Shown piece by piece: positions 34,720 to 35,344 of a DNA stretch of 35,344 nt. Position 1 is the stretch's first letter; every line of letters starts with the position of its first letter. The notes beneath the pieces are model-generated. The model was given only the letters and a program-made list of their open reading frames with translations. It was not told the origin of the DNA and searched no databases. Where the stretch lies: the sequence record DRR723986_3278; one strand, written 5' to 3'. The translations under genes were made by a program, and so were the position numbers.

Positions 34720-35343
34720 CTAGCTGGCCGCCTGCCACAGCCCGGCCTCTTTCACCTGCGCCATCGCCTCGTCTAGCGATTGGCGGGCGCGGGCGATCAA
34801 AATATCTACCTCGTCGCGGGTGATCACCAAGGGCGGGCTGATGATCATGCGGTCGTAAACATGGCGCATGACCAGATTATTGGCAAAGCAACGCTCGCGC
34901 ACCATGTAGCCCACTGTGCCTGCTTCGGCGGCAAATTTCGCGCGGCTTTCCTTGTGCGGGGTCAGCGCGATAGAGCCCATCATGCCCACAATTTTGGCTT
35001 CGCCCACCATCGGGTGATCTACCAGTGCTTCCCATTGCTGTTTCAGATAGGGGCCAATATCGCTGCTGACATAGTCAACCAGCTTTTCCTCTTGCATGAT
35101 TGTCAGGTTTTCCAGCGCCACCGCCGCGGCCACGGGGTGGGCATTGTAGGTGTAGCCATGGTTAAATTCGCACGCGGCCATCACCCCTGCGATCTTGTCC
35201 GACACGATCGAGCCGCCAATCGGCTGGTAGCCCGACGATAGCCCCTTGGCGATGGTCATAATATCGGGGGCCCAACCCACGGTTTGGCTGCCAAACCAAT
35301 TGCCCGTGCGCCCAAAGCCGCAGATCACCTCGTCGGCGATCAG
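34720..35343 (-). CDS. Class-III PLP aminotransferase (putrescine-pyruvate/SpuC-like); 5' part lies outside the window
   Basis: LIADEVICGFGRTG, DIMTIAKGLSSGY, HGYTY.AHP, SPPLVI. The frame stays open to the window end. Confidence 0.92.
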   Translation of the reverse strand: MIADEVICGFGRTGNWFGSQTVGWAPDIMTIAKGLSSGYQPIGGSIVSDKIAGVMAACEFNHGYTYNAHPVAAAVALENLTIMQEEKLVDYVSSDIGPYLKQQWEALVDHPMVGEAKIVGMMGSIALTPHKESRAKFAAEAGTVGYMVRERCFANNLVMRHVYDRMIISPPLVITRDEVDILIARARQSLDEAMAQVKEAGLWQAAS

Positions 35344-35344
35344 C

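Overview
This is a gene-dense, moderately GC-rich bacterial chromosomal segment, most consistent with an alphaproteobacterium of the Rhodobacteraceae/Roseobacter group (inferred from gene content and protein style). Most genes serve uptake and catabolism of organic nitrogen. In order: a GntR regulator plus a DapA-family lyase; a peptide/opine (Dpp/Opp-type) ABC transporter next to MlrC-like (M81) and M20 metallopeptidases; a secreted peptidoglycan-binding protein with an unrecognised C-terminus behind a long AT-rich region; SulP; bactofilin; a tupBCA tungstate ABC transporter with an HTH-PBP regulator; eptA-dgkA; a three-gene operon (atypical M19 amidohydrolase, 557-aa conserved hypothetical, DUF3726-like protein) abutting an Ldh_2 reductase and an OYE/GMC/enolase trio; a PotABCD-like ABC transporter; an orphan ectoine hydrolase (DoeA/EutD-like); and a class-III aminotransferase. 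I see no mobile element, CRISPR array, tRNA or rRNA. The best candidates for something undescribed are the 19.9-28.5 kb catabolic cluster with altered active-site motifs, the chimeric PG-binding protein, and a possible 33-aa membrane microprotein facing eptA-dgkA. All family calls come from motif recognition by eye, without database searches.
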